64,000 bases of DNA. Origin: an uncultured delta proteobacterium. GTDB lineage: Bacteria > Desulfobacterota > RBG-13-43-22. Position 1 is the first letter of the stretch; each line of letters opens with the position of its first letter. The stretch lies in NCBI GenBank assembly GCA_963790475.1, contig CAWBOS010000012.1:512001-576000 (forward strand), written 5' to 3'. The translations under genes and the position numbers were made by a program. Of this stretch, positions 62,489-64,000 are shown one piece after another. Under the pieces are notes generated by a model, which was given only the letters and a program-made list of their open reading frames with translations, searched no databases and was not told the DNA's origin.

Positions 62489-63610
62489 TCAGGCCTCCGG
62501 CCTTATGCCTGTTGCCTCTGGCCTGATTTTCAGATCCAGCAGTTCCCAGAAAGCTTCCCCCTGGACTTCGACTTCAATCCCCAGGACCAGAATTTGCAGA
62601 TCGGTGGGTTCCCATTTCCCCAGCTTCAAAGCATCTTTCTCGGTAGTTACCAACCAATCGTTCTTTAGGGACCGGCAGAGGGTTTCCAGGAACCTTTTAT
62701 CTTTCTCTCGGTAATAGTGATGATCCGGAAATTCAACCAGGTTGACCGGATCAGCCTGGATCTGTTTCAAACTGAAAATAAAAGATTCGGGGGAGGCCAG
62801 GCCGCAAAAGCCGACCACCTGTTTCCCGGCCAACACAGAAAGGGGAATCTCTTCTTTATGGGGATAACTCCAAAGGACCACGGGTTTATGTTCTGAAAAA
62901 AAAACCGGGATCGAAGGAATCCGGGCCCGAATCTCTCCAGCAACGGCCTCCCGTTGAGAAAGGTCCAGTCTTTCCGCATGAGTGATTAATATAATGTCGG
63001 CCCTTCGCATTTCTTCGATCGGTTCCCTTAAATACCCCAAGGGCAGGAGTCTTCCTGAACCAAAGGGTTGATGACCCGGCAAAAGTAAAATATTGATATC
63101 CCTTTTCAGGTTCAGGTGTTGAAAACCATCATCCAAAATAACCCAATCGGTTTGCCATGCTTGAAAACAAAGCATTCCCGAGCGATAGCGATCCTTGCCA
63201 ATCACCACAGGGATTCCCGGCAGTTTTTGGGACAACCAGCAAGGTTCTTCCCCACCTTCTTCGAGAGTCCCCCGTATGGACCCCGTATCGGAAATCACCG
63301 CCCCTTTTTTCACCTTTGTTCCCCCGTAACCACGACTTAACACTGCAGTTTTAATTCCTTTTTTTTGTAAATAGCGGGCCACAAGGGCGGTATGAGGGGT
63401 TTTCCCGGTCCCGCCGGCCGCCAGGTTGCCGATACTGATCACCCTCAAAGGCAAACTTCGGGTCGGCAGAAGATGCCGGCGATACAGCCAAATACGAAAT
63501 CGAACCCCGGCGCCATAGAGGCCGGAAGCTGCATAGAGAAAGGGATGCAGTAGTTGTCTCTTGAAAAAATGCTTTTTAACATTCGGAACTCGGGGTTCAG
63601 TGAAATCCAT
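62489..63610 (-). CDS. lpxK: Tetraacyldisaccharide 4'-kinase
   Basis: SIGNLAAGGTGKTP, LSRGYG, LDDGFQH, LLPLG.LREP, FPDHH and TTEKD. Confidence 0.95.
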   Translation of the reverse strand: MDFTEPRVPNVKKHFFKRQLLHPFLYAASGLYGAGVRFRIWLYRRHLLPTRSLPLRVISIGNLAAGGTGKTPHTALVARYLQKKGIKTAVLSRGYGGTKVKKGAVISDTGSIRGTLEEGGEEPCWLSQKLPGIPVVIGKDRYRSGMLCFQAWQTDWVILDDGFQHLNLKRDINILLLPGHQPFGSGRLLPLGYLREPIEEMRRADIILITHAERLDLSQREAVAGEIRARIPSIPVFFSEHKPVVLWSYPHKEEIPLSVLAGKQVVGFCGLASPESFIFSLKQIQADPVNLVEFPDHHYYREKDKRFLETLCRSLKNDWLVTTEKDALKLGKWEPTDLQILVLGIEVEVQGEAFWELLDLKIRPEATGIRPEA

Positions 63611-63932
63611 GGAGGTGATGGTTCAAAAATATTTTACCTTATTAACTGGTTCAAAATAATATACACTTTTTCAAAGCAAGTATGCCTGCTTTTTCTAAGC
63701 CATTGGCCGAAGGGAGCTGTCCTTTCCGGACTTGTCAACGGGGAAAATCCCGCTAGGCGGGATCGAGAATGCAACACGGACAAAGTATCAAGCCTACCTA
63801 AGTCCGAAGAAAAGGGCAGCCTGAAAGCCGCAGACGGATGAATAGACAATCCTACTAAGTCAATATTAATATGGGACAGTAAATAAGTTTCTTTCCGGAC
63901 TGGACCCGAAATCCGGTTTTAATGTCCGGACC

Positions 63933-64000
63933 TTATCGCCGTCCTTTTGTAATGGCCTGTTTCAACCAGTCCACAAAGTCCTTAACACCTTTCAACCACC
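63933..64000 (-). CDS. Probable 3' end of a gene entering from outside the window
   Basis: Open frame WLKGVKDFVDWLKQAITKGRR*, same strand as lpxK. Confidence 0.35.
   Translation of the reverse strand, partial: WLKGVKDFVDWLKQAITKGRR

Overview
A 64-kb chromosomal window, probably from an anaerobic Desulfobacterota/deltaproteobacterium (inferred from gene content and repeat types). Left to right: (1) a decaying defence-island end with a type IIG restriction-modification gene cut by the window edge, a small overlapping gene pair, an AlbA/HATPase regulator relic and a PD-(D/E)XK nuclease-like gene with one in-frame TGA. (2) Metabolic and housekeeping genes: ilvD, amrS, a histone H1-like protein, an acetylene-hydratase-family Mo/W enzyme, oadG/oadB, a P-type ATPase, two DUF362 Fe-S proteins, a MoxR ATPase, XdhC, NUDIX, an M20 deacylase, hicBA, nadE and acetoacetate-CoA ligase. 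(3) A high-GC foreign gene next to a solitary integron attC site. (4) Two convergent operons: histidine kinase plus stand-alone receivers, facing DVU0150-like, TauE/SafE transporter, small membrane proteins, a receiver and a PEP-synthase-like protein. Each has a sigma54-type promoter and they share a 26-bp upstream motif. (5) Two apparently identical IS1182-family copies around a porin and a NUDIX gene. (6) eno, an HD-GYP regulator and a mosaic LPS/lipid A cluster. The best leads are the sigma54 system, tandem NrdR-like boxes in front of the H1-like gene, the CSRMD Fe-S motif variant, twin promoter+ABC-stub elements in the LPS cluster, and a collapsed copy of a DUF362 gene. Five single-base frameshifts may be assembly errors. 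All family calls come from motif recognition by eye; no database search was run. No rRNA, tRNA or CRISPR array was seen.
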